A stretch of DNA of 63,428 nt, counting the filler, from Gonapodya sp. JEL0774 (taxonomy: Eukaryota): assembly GCA_027604505.1 (NCBI GenBank). It is 45 parts of 45 records of this genome, joined end to end, with 100 filler letters (N's around TTAATTAATTAA, not from the genome) between each part and the next. Parts side by side here need not be neighbours in the genome. Positions count along the whole stretch, not along the records: positions 45,265 to 46,572 come from JADIIX010003393.1; positions 46,673 to 47,980 come from JADIIX010003394.1; positions 48,081 to 49,387 come from JADIIX010003395.1; positions 49,488 to 50,794 come from JADIIX010003396.1; positions 50,895 to 52,200 come from JADIIX010003397.1; positions 52,301 to 53,606 come from JADIIX010003398.1; positions 53,707 to 55,011 come from JADIIX010003399.1; positions 55,112 to 56,416 come from JADIIX010003400.1; 37 more parts are not named here. One strand, given 5' to 3'. Made by a program: the position numbers and the translations under genes. Below are positions 45,265 through 57,920 of this stretch, in pieces (position 1 is the stretch's first letter; each line of letters opens with the position of its first letter). Below the pieces are notes generated by a model. The model was not told where the DNA came from. It saw nothing but the letters and a program-made list of their open reading frames with translations, and ran no database searches.

Positions 45265-46572
45265 GGACCAAAGGCATACAAGACGCTCATGGAGTACGGA
45301 GTGGATGTCTCCCGGTTCTCTCCCGGGAATCGCAATGAATTGCAGAAGCTGAAAGTCATCTACCAGAAGTTTTACCACGACTGGACAAAAGGAGGCCGCA
45401 AAACCCCAACGCAGTGGAGATGGGATCATGCAGCTTTCCAGGCTGCGCTCGCGGAAGTTTCTCCCCGTCCAAATGAAGCATGGCAGGGGCAACAAGTAAA
45501 CCTGCGGGTGGAAACACCGGAGCACATTGAGAGATTCCACTATAGGAGTGTGAGTACAAATAATTCTCATTTATGAGCAACGTTTGTCTCATCATAATGT
45601 TGTCCTGTGAGCCATTAGGCAGTGCTTTACAAGATTCTCGGTGAGCCCTTCATGTTGGCAATGGTGAGTATGAAACAGGTCGACGAGCTCTACGAGCTTC
45701 TTTTGGCGCGATTGGAAAGCCAAGGAGAACGTGGTAAGTAGACTGGAAATAACGCTGCATCGCCTGTCTGGTGGTCTGATGAAGTGACCTTTTTTCGTAG
45801 GTCCAGTTCAGCCGTTGGTCATTTCACTCCCCGTCTTTGGTTCCCGCTTGTCCTTGCCAGTTCCAGGAAACAAAGGAAATCTTGTGCTTACAACAGGGTC
45901 CAGCTCGGCATCAATGCCTCCACTAACAGGCAACCAAATGAACCTTCAGCGGCAAACTTCCTCAATACAAGTACCAGTGGATTTGGATGCCTTTCAAACT
46001 CACCTCAATCCCCCCTCGCTATCAAGTTACAAGCTTCCACACAGTAAAAGAAAACAGACGGACTCAAACAGCACCTGGGCAAGCATTGACACAGTGCGGA
46101 GTGGTCAATTGGAGCGACAAAGGCAGGAACAAAGATGGATCAGCAAAAGTCAGCAGAGCAGTCCATTTAGACAAACTCAATCACGTAGAAAAGTGAGTGA
46201 AGAAATTCACATATGATACCTAATGTTGATCACAGCTCAATTTGGGACACAACAGGGTCTCTCGGACTATCTTGCCATTCAATATGAAGATGATCGGGAT
46301 GCTTTTGAGAACGATCATCCATCCAAGGTTGCAACCACAAATGAAAAAGTTGCGCAACTCTGGAGGCAGCGGTGCTGGTGGGAACGCATTGAGGAATTAA
46401 AAATAGACAGACGCATGCCGTGGCTACGAGGTATCACTTCTGGGACCGATACAATAAACACTGGAATGTGCCCATCCGTCTACAAGACAGAGAAATCCTT
46501 ATATCTGCGGATCACTGAGATCAAGAAGTTCTTGAAAGATGAAGCAGAATCTAAAGAAACTCCTGAGGAGGA
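45265..46572 (+). CDS. Hypothetical multi-exon protein fragment
   Basis: Successive plus-strand ORFs bounded by GT-AG sites; no domain recognised. Confidence 0.4.
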
Positions 46573-46672
46573 NNNNNNNNNNNNNNNNNNNNNNNNNNNN
46601 NNNNNNNNNNNNNNNNTTAATTAATTAANNNNNNNNNNNNNNNNNNNNNNNNNNNNNNNNNNNNNNNNNNNN

Positions 46673-47980
46673 CAGGGAAGGAGGGCGAGGCAGATGTGGA
46701 GCTTACAGTCTTTTTGTTCGACCATGTGCTCCTTTTGACGAAGGAGAAAAATGGACTGTATAGAGTATATCGACAGGTGAGCTATCATTTGCAACAATTC
46801 CGGGTGATGAATCTGTTTTTGTTGGTCGCACAACTTTCCAAACACTAGGCGCTCCCTCTTGAACTCGTTTCCCTCACGCAACCCCAACAAAGCCAAGAAG
46901 TAACCGTCCGTCGCTCCTTCACTCTTCTTCAATCTTCTGCAGCCTCCCTCACACAAGGCTCCAAATCCCCCAACACTCCCACCCGCTCATCTGCTGACGG
47001 ACATACTGGGTCTTCTTTGAATATAAACCTACTCGGCGACTACCCGTGGAGTGTAGTACTTCAGACGAATTCAATGGCGGATGTAGCGGCATGGGAGACA
47101 GCTATTGAGGCACAGAGAAAAGCAAGGGTGGATAAGATCAAGGTCTTCGATCCGGTGCCGCTGGCTGAAGGTTCTGGAGCTGGAGTGCCAGCATTCCCCA
47201 GTGGAGGCACAAAAGTAATGTCATCGTCTGCATTGCGGGACGGTACGATAGTTTTTGGGTGTGATAGTGGTGTGTGGGTTGTGGGGAGGCGTACGAACGG
47301 TTCCGGTGTTTGCGTGGTCCCAATGGAGAAAGTTGTTCAAGTAGAAACACTGGAAGAATTTAGTACGCTAGTGGTGCTGGCTGGTGAGTGTGTAGCGCGT
47401 CACCTTCCGGGCTATTGGTGAATAACTACCTCTCGCTCACTGCACAATTTGACAACAGACAAAACCCTCTATACTTTTCCTCTTGATGTTGTCGAACCCT
47501 CTGTGGACCATCTTCCGTCGAAGAATGTCAAACGAGGTCGAAAAGTTGCATCACACATCAATTTTTTCAGATACGGCACTAGCAATGATCGTCGTATTGT
47601 TTGTGCGGTTAAGACCGCGATGTATCAATGCACAGTTAGAGCTCTTGTTCCAGCGGGTTTAGAGGGAGGTAAGCCTCGATTGAACAACGAAGGAGAGAAT
47701 ACATTGAAGTTGTGGAAGGTGAGTACATTTTTAAAGCTGGAAAGAGATATTGATGGTGGATCCCATCTTACGTACGTACATTTTTTTTATAGGAATTCTC
47801 CATTCCCGCTGAGTGCTTTTCTGTACATTTCTTGAGGACCAAAATCTGTGTTGGTTGCCCAAAGGGCTTCGGTAAGCGGTTGAGACTCGTTTCACTGCGT
47901 GTGCAGGATTTTTACTTCGAACTGTCGCAGAGCTCGTGGATCTCGATGACCTGAGCACTCAAAGTCTGTTGGATCCTCGA
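46673..47980 (+). CDS. ROM2: Rom1/Rom2-like Rho GEF, PH and CNH domains
   Basis: ELTVFLFDHVLLLTK...YRVYRQ|ALPLEL; VVQVETLEEFSTLVVLA|DKTLYTFPLD; EFSIPAEC.SVHFLRTKICVGCPKGF|ELVDL..LSTQSLLDP. Confidence 0.85.
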
Positions 47981-48080
47981 NNNNNNNNNNNNNNNNNNNN
48001 NNNNNNNNNNNNNNNNNNNNNNNNTTAATTAATTAANNNNNNNNNNNNNNNNNNNNNNNNNNNNNNNNNNNNNNNNNNNN

Positions 48081-48950
48081 CCCTTCGCGCCTTTCGCCAC
48101 GTCCATTCTGCACATTGGACACACTCCACTCCACCATACAAGCCACGCATCGACACACCGGACGTGGAACGTATGTCCGCAGGGCAAGGTTCGCAGCAGG
48201 GCACCAGGAGCATTCAATGGTTCCAAGCACACAGCGCATGCCGAGTCGGGACCAGATGTAGCAGCGGTGTTCATAGAATGTAAGGCTTCGCTCGTGATCT
48301 CTGGAAGTGTGGTTTTGGACGTGTAAGTGCCTGGGGCTGACGGGGTTGTGGAAGCAACGGTTCGGACCGACAACATTTGAAGGTGTTCAGGGTCGACTGT
48401 TGTAAGAGGAGAGGGACTTTCTTGAGGCCCATGCAAAGATGAGGGAAGGACTTTGGCACCCCACACCAGTGTGCGATAGAGTTCAGGGTTCTGCCAGCGA
48501 AGGGCACTGAGGTGTGTTCGGTTCGCCTGTTCACAGGGGCATAATGAGTTGCATTGGATTATAGGATGTTCTTTTGTTGCACGTAACGCGACGGGTTGCA
48601 AGCTGGGTGACATCATCGCTCACCATGATTCGGCGCAGACAGAGGATGACCATGACCAGCGCGCAAATCCCCGCGACTGCGATGACTACCATCATTGCAA
48701 TAAAGAAGAGTTCTCGCTGCTCTGGTGTATACACCGCGGATTCTGGAGAGTCTGGAAGTTCGGAACCGACGGACGGGATGTCGGTGTGGTTCCAAGAACT
48801 CACTTCGGATGTGTTGAGATAAGACAGCCTTTCTCCTAAGATTAAATCGCAGTAAGAGCTTACGAGGGATAGTTGGCGTTGAGGGATCCTCGGTCCTCCT
48901 GTACTTTTCATGATGATGTTGGACGATTGGGGTGGTTGACAACTCCATTT
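48081..48950 (-). CDS. Transmembrane RING-H2 ubiquitin ligase, fragment
   Basis: TM segment FFIAMMVVIAVAGICALVMVILCL, then CAVCLE...LPCGHTFHVRCVDAWL...CPMCR. Confidence 0.88.
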
Positions 48951-49842
48951 GAATCGAATCTACAGTAAATGAGGCATGTAGGCTTTATACGACATGGCGA
49001 GGAAGAGGAAACGTGTCAGACGTGTCTCCATTCCGAGCAACCGTGCCAGGTGACGGACTCGCTTCATCGTGGGCTGCGGCCGCCGGCTTGAAGTGCTGAG
49101 TTGAAATTTTGATTCCGATCACCCGCTGCAGAGTAAATCACAACCCCGTTCATTGTGCGACGATGGGGTATTGGTGGTCTAGTCTGCGCATTTGTAAAAT
49201 CCTTCATCCTTTGACCCGAATTTGGTTGTGCGCCAGAAAAGTACCAGTCCCGAATCTGCAGGATATGTACACCCCGATCCTGAACGTGCCGCACCCTCAT
49301 CACTAAATGGTAGGTGGGAATTGGTTCTTGCCGCGGGATCTTGTGAATACCGCTTACTGTGCGGATGCAAGCTCTCATGAAAAAGATNNNNNNNNNNNNN
49401 NNNNNNNNNNNNNNNNNNNNNNNNNNNNNNNTTAATTAATTAANNNNNNNNNNNNNNNNNNNNNNNNNNNNNNNNNNNNNNNNNNNNCGTCCCGGTGAAA
49501 GAATACCCAAGCCTCTGGTGTGACAGACTCGCGAACCCACTCGGGATTTTGGCACGGATCCGCCGGCTCCCCCGCCCCCCCTCCCCCCGACCCTAGTGTT
49601 AATTTGACATACTTTCTGTGAACGAATTGATTGGGACCTCGGAAAAGGGAGAGGGTCGGGACCCGATCACCTGAGCTATGCCTCAGTACCGAGTCAACGC
49701 AAATCAGGAGAGATTGTTATTAGCGCTGAATTAGTGTAGGTTAGCATTATATGCTCGTTGTGCAGAGTTCAATTTGCTGTCGGGTTGCTGGTGTCGGCTC
49801 TGTGGCCATGTCACGAGCTCATACATCAGTCCACTCCGAAAC

Positions 49843-50794
49843 ATGGAGCTTCAGCTGGAACGACCTCGTGAGAAGAAAAAGGCAAAACCCAAGGTCGAAA
49901 GACGAGTTGTCATCGAGCCAGCGGCACAGACGGTCACCAGCGGAGTTGAAAGTGCCGATCGGGGAAGCGAAGTCGGAGCTCCGTCTGGATTGGAAAACGT
50001 GCAGAGTTTCTCGAAAATCTCCGCTCCCATAGAGACCTTGCTCGATGATTCGACTGGGACTGTGGAGTCGGTGGAAGTTCGGCTCTCGGAGCTGAACTAT
50101 ATCGTGGGTGACCGAACCACAAAACACGATCACGTAAGTGGCTGTGGAGTCTTGGCTTGCTCACGCATCAGTAGAGTTAATGTTTGCTCGCGTTATGTCT
50201 GGGCTGCAAGACGTATCCTTCAGCTCCAACCGCTGACGAACTGGACGAACCTTCTCTATCATTCAGTATACCTCATCATCCAGATCTCTATTCGACCGTG
50301 ATTTTCGAGAGAGATAATTCTCTCTCACCACTTCTGGATTCATCTTCGTATGTCGTGGAGCCTTCGGCTCCTCCCATGGATAATTCTGTCGGAGAAATTA
50401 TGACTCCTCGTACACCCTGTGAACCTGTTACGTCAGCGCCACTTCCAATACTCTGGTCTCACTACGATCTGTGTGTACAGTCGTCTCCAGTACTTAGAAG
50501 ATTTGAGCATTTGGACACTGAGCATGCTGACGCGGAGTCTTCCGAGTTTGCACACCTCCTCTTTCAGTATCGCGCCAGGAACGTAGGCTTACTCTCTGCC
50601 AGGCTTCGTGCTCAATCCAAAGTGCTGGAATCTCGGAATTTGTCTGCTCAAGCATGGCACATAGTTCGGGAAAGCCAGATAGAGAAGGCACTCTGTGCAG
50701 ACGGGAGGCAGTGCAGTTACAAATTTGAGAATACAAAAGCAGAGCTGGATCATCCAATACTCTTGAAACTTGAAAGTGTGTTAAAGGATCTTCA
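49843..50794 (+). CDS. EPG5: EPG5-like autophagy tether, N-terminal fragment
   Basis: Basic N-terminus ERPREKKKAK; EFAHLLFQYR...AWHIVRESQIEKALCADGRQCSYKFENTKAELD matches by eye the EPG5 block EFYELLLNY...LWQF...GICADQ...RVEMN. Confidence 0.65.
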
Positions 50795-50959
50795 NNNNNN
50801 NNNNNNNNNNNNNNNNNNNNNNNNNNNNNNNNNNNNNNTTAATTAATTAANNNNNNNNNNNNNNNNNNNNNNNNNNNNNNNNNNNNNNNNNNNNTCAGTC
50901 ATAGTCAGTAGTCCACCGCGACTAACCACGTTATTTCTCTCAAACAGGTTCGCGCTTAC

Positions 50960-51850
50960 CTCCCAAACTTCCTCACCACCTCCAAGTGTTCTTCAAATGA
51001 CTTGATACTCGCTTGAACTATGCCGAAAGCTGGATGGCTTGCTGCGGGGTCCGGCAAGAGAGCGAGCTCGTTACGGAGAATGGAGAGACCGAGTTCGCCG
51101 TCGGAGAGGTGTTCAGAGTGCATCAGAGGCTTGAAGGTGGGAGACGGGATATTGTGAAGAATGTGGGAGTACTTAAAATGTGTGCACAGGAAAGGATACG
51201 GGACTTAGTTCCTACCATTCTCATGAAGAACCTCATGGCGAAGCATGCCCTGTCGTAATTTCCATTTTCGAGGCTGCGTTTTGTTAATCGGAGGGCGAGA
51301 TGGTCGGAAGCGAAGGCGGCAGCAGTGGAACGGTGGATGTGTCTGAGCAACACGCGGTTGGAACGACGTGAAGAACAGAGGGAGGGAGCAGCACGATTTC
51401 AAAAAGCATCACACAGTACAGGGTTTTGCGATTAGTAATATAAATCTGAGTGCAGTCCGCATGCAAATGCTGTTCAACCCACCTTGGGAACTGATCCAAA
51501 AGCACAACACATGCGACAGTCCCTTCCACACTCTTCTCCGCTTCCTTCATAAACTCTTCTCCCTTGCCGCCCTCTTTTTCCCCTTTCAAAACTTCCTCCC
51601 ACACTTTGGCAAACTTCTCCCTCACCTCCGGGTCCAGCTTGCTTCCCCGCCGAAACCAAATGTCAACCCACTCGCCAGGGATCGCAGTTTCGCGGGATCC
51701 GATGACGGATGGCTCGGGTTTGGCAAGGTAGGTGAAAAAATTTTGTGGGGTATGGTTTGGGAACCAGAACGAGAGAATGTCGGATGTGATTTGGGAAGGG
51801 GAGTGGGAATCGAGGGAGAGTTGCAGATGAGAATTGATGGTGTTGGACAT
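50960..51850 (-). CDS. DUF924-family protein, 3' truncated
   Basis: ILSFWF...WF...LD..VREKF...ACVVLLDQFPR|HIHR...AFASD..AL...LMHSE. Confidence 0.88.
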
Positions 51851-54164
51851 GGTACGTGGAAGGGGAGAGTGGCGACTTGTGGGTGTGGTAATCGGGAAGA
51901 TCGGGAATGAAGAGCAAGCCAGCAGTCGGTTCAACGCGATCGGCAGCGCGGAGTTGAAGATGGCCAGATTTGCAATGCTCGCAATGATTGCGAGAACGGC
52001 AACGAACGTGATAGACAGGGAGAGCTGAACGGGAAGAGAGTTGGTTCAGTCATCAGCGCATCGTCAACAATAATGCAAACTTCGTTCTCATGCGAATACA
52101 TTAGAAAAATAGCAAGTTCAATGAGCTAAGAAAAGCCCCATCAAAGCCGTCACATGAAATACTTTATTTGATGATCGTTGTGCGTCAGAAGACCGAGTTC
52201 NNNNNNNNNNNNNNNNNNNNNNNNNNNNNNNNNNNNNNNNNNNNTTAATTAATTAANNNNNNNNNNNNNNNNNNNNNNNNNNNNNNNNNNNNNNNNNNNN
52301 CACCATCACCTCACTTGCCGGTGCCATCTATATTACTCTTCGTCCGATCCGCCAACTTTGGAAGGTTTGCTCCCCTAGCTCATAAGGTCCCAGGCTTCCC
52401 AAGTTTCGCATTCACTGCTACTAGAGCATATCAAATATTCTTTGGGGAGCAAACATAAGTAGCCTGGAGGGAAGATTTGATTGATCTATGACGATTCGAT
52501 TCGTTCTCTCAGCTGATCACATCATCTGTTTCCAGCCATTAAGTCGACATTTCATCCGCACATGATTACCACTACCACTAACCTACTTACCCTCATTGTC
52601 ACCGGCATCATCGTGGGTGGTAGTGCAGTCGTCATGCTCCAGGTAGGAGCCCACAAATACAGTCCTCTTGCCAATCTTTCATTAATACCTAGAGCACCAC
52701 CCCCACCTCCATTTCCAGTGCTTAAACTTGACGTCATGCTGATGGGAGTGGTCTCGTCACTCGCGTCGGCACTCGCGAAGAATCCTCACCTGCACCTCTG
52801 TTGTTCAATTCTCGAGGGGCTTGGCACCAACAGCGTCAAGACCATTTCGAACACCAACAGTGTGGTGGTGACGCAGGAATCGTCGTGGTCGTGGGGTGTG
52901 ATGGGGAATGGAGAGCTCGCGAAGGCATTGGCGAGGCTGAGGACGGTTATGGTCAAGGGCTTACCGGGATGCAATAAAGGGCAATGTGATGGAAAGCCCC
53001 TTGGGTCGAAGAGTGAGCAAGAGCTACCCATGCTGATGCCCATTGAGAACGAGGGTGTGAAGCAGAGGTGCAGCAGGTGGAGGATGGGGGGGAAGAGATG
53101 CAAGGCAATCTATGGGCAGGAAATGAGTATTGGTGAATGGGTCATGATAACCGGCATGCCGTACATGGGCTAGGGTTTGGCGGGGAAAGTCTTGAGCGGT
53201 TGGTAATTCATAAATGCGAATAAATCCGGTACCCCAGAAACATGCTAATATGTGTACTGCTCGGAGTGGAAGGTTAAGAATACATGGCAAAGTACTGCTG
53301 CTTTTCTTCCACTGCGTAGAATATTCAGATGCACAGATCCCGACTTCGAAACTTTGTGAACGCCTGCAAGAGACGAACAGAAGAGGATATTTGTGGACCA
53401 GCTATTCTAAACTGCGATCATAAGAGAAATACACTAAACAGAATAGTCGTGTGTCAGTGTTGTTTCGTTCCAGCTTTGGTCAAATTCTTTCCCCTTCACC
53501 TATCAGTCCTGTATCAGAGCCTCTCTCTGTTGATCATCCACTCTCAACTTCGAAGAATGCCCCGCAAGCCCGATCCGCTAAGAGAGCGAAGACAGAAAAG
53601 ACAGAANNNNNNNNNNNNNNNNNNNNNNNNNNNNNNNNNNNNNNNNNNNNTTAATTAATTAANNNNNNNNNNNNNNNNNNNNNNNNNNNNNNNNNNNNNN
53701 NNNNNNGAGAGACAAAGGGATTCAAAACTGATGGGATCTTGAATCGTACTTTATGCAATGACTGCAGTGTCGTTCAGTGGAAGTCTTGCCCTTAGTACGC
53801 CGCGATCAAGCACGATTTCGCCCGTCCGTCACACGTATTTGACGTGTAGAGACAGAAGCAGGTAAGCGGGGCCGTGTAAATTCGATTCTCTCGGGCAGAA
53901 GTCGGGTTGGGTGAAGCAGAATATGTTTGCAGCGCCCGTGAGCACCGGTGGTACACGACCCTCTACTATGCACGCTTTGGATATAAATTTGAATTGCCAG
54001 ACTGCTGTATGGCAAGTGCAAAGAATTAGTGATATTTAATAACCGACCTAGCCGACCTAACCGACCGTAAAGAACGAGCGGACATCGTGAAAGGAACATA
54101 ATCTTATACTCTGAGGCAAATGTCATCACCATTGTTACAGGAACACGTAAAATAGAAATCTACT

Positions 54165-55011
54165 TCAAGATTTTAGTTGTGCATCTGAGCGAGCTCCTTT
54201 GTTCAGCGTAGGAGGGCTCAACGAGTTTCCGACACTGCTGATGATCTTCTTTTGGCTCGTCAGTTCCTTGTTTTCTGAAGGATCGAAACCCAAAAAGGTG
54301 TTGAATGACCCATCAGTCAAGAGAAGGTACTTTGAGTGGACACTCACGCTTGAGACTGTTGGCAAAAATTTTCAGCATGTTGAGGAAATGCGTCAGTGTC
54401 AGTTCTACCTCTGTAATTAGTGTGAATTTTTGGAGAGAGCCATCTCGTACAGCAGTAAAATCAAACTTGGTGGCTGTTAGAGATTGTTGGTGGTGTATTG
54501 GAAAATGCAGACCAGACAGATCGCGGAAGGTTCAAAATGTCACTCCATCTGTGTTCTGACGTGGGAATGTCTCCCAACTCTCGCTGACACACCTTTCTCA
54601 ATGATTGTAACCATCGCCCGAAGTGGCACAGCGATGAAAATTTCGGTGAATATGGCGGACAGAATGGACAGTGCAAAAACCAGCGCCGCAGCTTGAGAAT
54701 GCACAAACCGCACCAAATTAGAAACAGTCAACCTCTGCCACTGGTATTCAATTTAAGACCCACCTGCACCCAACGTGTAATTTTGCGTTTGTTGAAAGCG
54801 ATTGTCTAGCCTACCCTTCAGGTTCTCAGTTCCTTGCAAATAGTCAGATTGCGGCTAGCGAATTCTTCTCGCGTCAGAAACTCTGCCTTTATAGGAATGA
54901 CCGATCACTCACTGCGCCGGACACAAGAATCCACTTGTAATTTGCCTTGTAATACGTTGTGACCTGGAAAAGATATCCCTCAACATTGAACTGAGCGTCA
55001 GCAAAAGTGGC
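54165..55011 (-). CDS. Possible membrane sensor fragment (TM helix followed by HAMP-like segment)
   Basis: Exon pieces ...LVFALSILSAIFTEIFIAVPLRAMVTIIEK|..FDFTAVRDG...ITE|..GSFN; exon chain uncertain. Confidence 0.35.
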
Positions 55012-55111
55012 NNNNNNNNNNNNNNNNNNNNNNNNNNNNNNNNNNNNNNNNNNNNTTAATTAATTAANNNNNNNNNNNNNNNNNNNNNNNNNNNNNNNNN
55101 NNNNNNNNNNN

Positions 55112-56416
55112 ATGGACTCTTCCGTAGAACCCACTCAGAAACTCATGGCCAACGTCGCGGACTCGGACGTGGCACCGGCTGCCGAGGCGGCTGGCACGGG
55201 CGCGCCTGTACTCGGGCAGAAGAGGGTCGTCAGGATGGGATCATGGGGTGAGATTACGAAAAATCTTGTTCTGCGTCTGCAGAGCGGAAAGACGAATCAC
55301 GGCGACAAATCGTGTGACTGGTCATTCGTGACATGGCGTGCCCAAGACTCATTGGTTTCACTCTCCTCGAACATGTCTTTCCTACTACAACTCACCCACT
55401 TTGAACATCACCAGCCGTCAAGGACGAGTCCGAACTCCGCCCTGCCTTCTTCTCCTTCCGCGACGTCAGCTGCGTCCTCCCCGTCAAGGGCGTCGACAAG
55501 CAGCTCCTCTTGGGGGCATCGGGATACTGCAAGGTTTGTTTTACCATTCAAGAGACTACGCTTGTATTCGCACTGGGATCGTAAAAGTCCGTTTGCGTTA
55601 CGTTCTCTCTCTCACTCACGTTTTCCCAACTACTTCTTCCTTCTACGCTCCTCCCCACCACATACCCACCTTGTCACCCATCTTACGTCATTGTCACCAG
55701 CCCGGTGAGAGTCTGGCCATCATGGGCCCCTCTGGTGCCGGCAAATCCACCCTGCTCGATATCCTCTCGTACCGCAAGACCACGGGCCGGTTCACACAGG
55801 ACGTGATGCTCAAGTGAGTTGCCGTGGAGTACGCGGGATCGATCCATTTTTTATTGGATGACGAGAGGCTTTGCAAAACATGTGTGATTGACCGTGCTTG
55901 CATATCCCTGAATTGATTGATGCACTCCACAGCGGCGAAAAACTCACTCAACGCAACTTCGTCAAGCACAACGGATACGGTACGTTGAATCAACCGACCT
56001 CGCAACACCGTCACCCCGTTGCTCATCGTCACCTTGCATCTACTCCATTCTGCGCACTACCCTCGATACTCACTACATTTGGTTCCCTGATCTTCTTCTT
56101 CCTGATTTCTCATTCTCGGTTCGCCAGTCACGAGCGACGACTTGTTGCCCCCCGAACTCACGGTTCGCGAAGCGCTCGAGTTTTGCGCCGCCTTGAGACT
56201 GCCGGCCGACTGGACCCCTGAGCAGAGACAAGCTCGTGTACGTTTGTTTTAGCGCTGCATCTTCTTTATTGTCTTTTGTTGATGTCTTTGCCGCGTGTCA
56301 TCGCATTCATCCTCTCCATTCCCTCCTCCCACGAACTCCCCGTCCCACCCACGCCTACCCACCCCACCCCAACCTTTATCCCCACTCCGCACTCCAGATC
56401 GACGACACCCTCTCCA
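55112..56416 (+). CDS. ABCG-family transporter, N-terminal nucleotide-binding domain
   Basis: PGESLAIMGPSGAGKSTLLDILSYRKTTG, GY|VTSDDLLPPELTVREALEFCAALRLP. Confidence 0.93.
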
Positions 56417-56571
56417 NNNNNNNNNNNNNNNNNNNNNNNNNNNNNNNNNNNNNNNNNNNNTTAATTAATTAANNNNNNNNNNNNNNNNNNNNNNNNNNNN
56501 NNNNNNNNNNNNNNNNCTGAAAAGGTAACTGTGACCTGTCGGGTGCACAGCGTAAAGCTGATTGTGTTCAG

Positions 56572-57769
56572 AAGAATATACTCAATGCCATCGCAACAAC
56601 AGGTGGTCAAGCGACGGAAAGGCGCTCACGGCTCCATCAAGGAGTCATCCGGAGGTGAGCTCAGGCGATGGTCATACTTACTCGCGCCACAGCATTGGAT
56701 CTGTTATCCACCTTTGAAGATTCTTCGAAATCGTACGAGCTCCTACAGCTTGAAGACATACGAAAGGATTACCTTTTGGCACTTGCTGCGCAAGAGCTCT
56801 CTGATATAGGTCCACCAAACAGTGAAGCTCATACTGAGTTCAACAGTTCTCTCCAATATTGTTAATTGAATGTTTCTATCTTGTCCCTGTAGATTTTGAC
56901 CTTGAACCTACCGAAGCTGTCTCTAAGTATGTCACTGCGGGTCGCTTGGATCGTGCTGTATCGCTCGCCAGTGCTTTTGGTATGGATTTGACATCCGTCT
57001 TCCAAAGCATCGCGGAGCGTTGTGTGAACTTCACTGCCAGTGAGCGGGTTAATAGGTAACTTTCTGCTATCCATTCCCGACCAAAAAATGAAACTGACCA
57101 GCAACCTCATCTCGTACAGACCCGTATCCGATAGACAGCTTATAATCGTGTCCCAGGATTCACCATACGTCCCCAGTGATGCGGAATTTGGCGCGTCCAA
57201 ACGAGCATGGAAGCTCCTCGAGGTTTATCTCGACAAGTATGATGGAGTAACCTCTCATTTTTCGTATCATCGCGCTGTCCTCGAAAAGATACTTGAACAA
57301 GACGCTTCTATCGAAATCCCTCCATGGTTAGTGCAGATCTATAAAGGACCTGGGCGCTCAAAGAGCTCAGATGACTATCTGCGGGCACTTTTGAAATTTG
57401 ATCGACTCGAGGAAGCCACTCTCTACGCTATCGACATCTTGAGTCAGGTGTGTGTTCGTCGAAACATGTCTGCTTGATTTTAAGGAGCGAGCTCCCATTT
57501 CATATGTTTAGGAGCGCTCGACAAAATTGCATCAGGCTAATGTGGGGAATGTACCCCAATCGGGATATCGACGGATTCCTGTCACGCTTATCGATTCTCT
57601 ACTTGATGCGTTGGACGACGTTTTATCGACGAGTGGGAAAATGACTCGATCCGATAGGAAAACATTGTCCCGATTGAAGACGGAACTGGAGGACAACATT
57701 GTAGCCTACATTGATGAAGTCAGAGTCGAAACAGAAGATTCGGTGGCCGCTGGGCATCTCGGTCGATAG
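56572..57769 (+). CDS. NUP160: Nucleoporin Nup160/Nup120, C-terminal region
   Basis: LLQLEDIRKDYLLA, AGRLDRAVSLASAFGMDLTSVFQSIAERC, AWKLLEVYLDKY, YHRAVLEKIL, IPPWLVQIY, IPVTLIDSLL. Confidence 0.85.
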
Positions 57770-57920
57770 GAAACGAGACTTGTAATGCTTCGTCTGCTCA
57801 TTTTAATATATTTCACGTTTNNNNNNNNNNNNNNNNNNNNNNNNNNNNNNNNNNNNNNNNNNNNTTAATTAATTAANNNNNNNNNNNNNNNNNNNNNNNN
57901 NNNNNNNNNNNNNNNNNNNN

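Noticed and set aside
49560..49598. C-rich tract ending CTAGTG as a Helitron 3' end or CACTA terminus
   Set aside because: No convincing hairpin or partner end within the contig; cannot be supported without copy alignment.
52562..53173. 203-aa ORF as a real gene
   Set aside because: No recognisable motif or splice structure; left unannotated.
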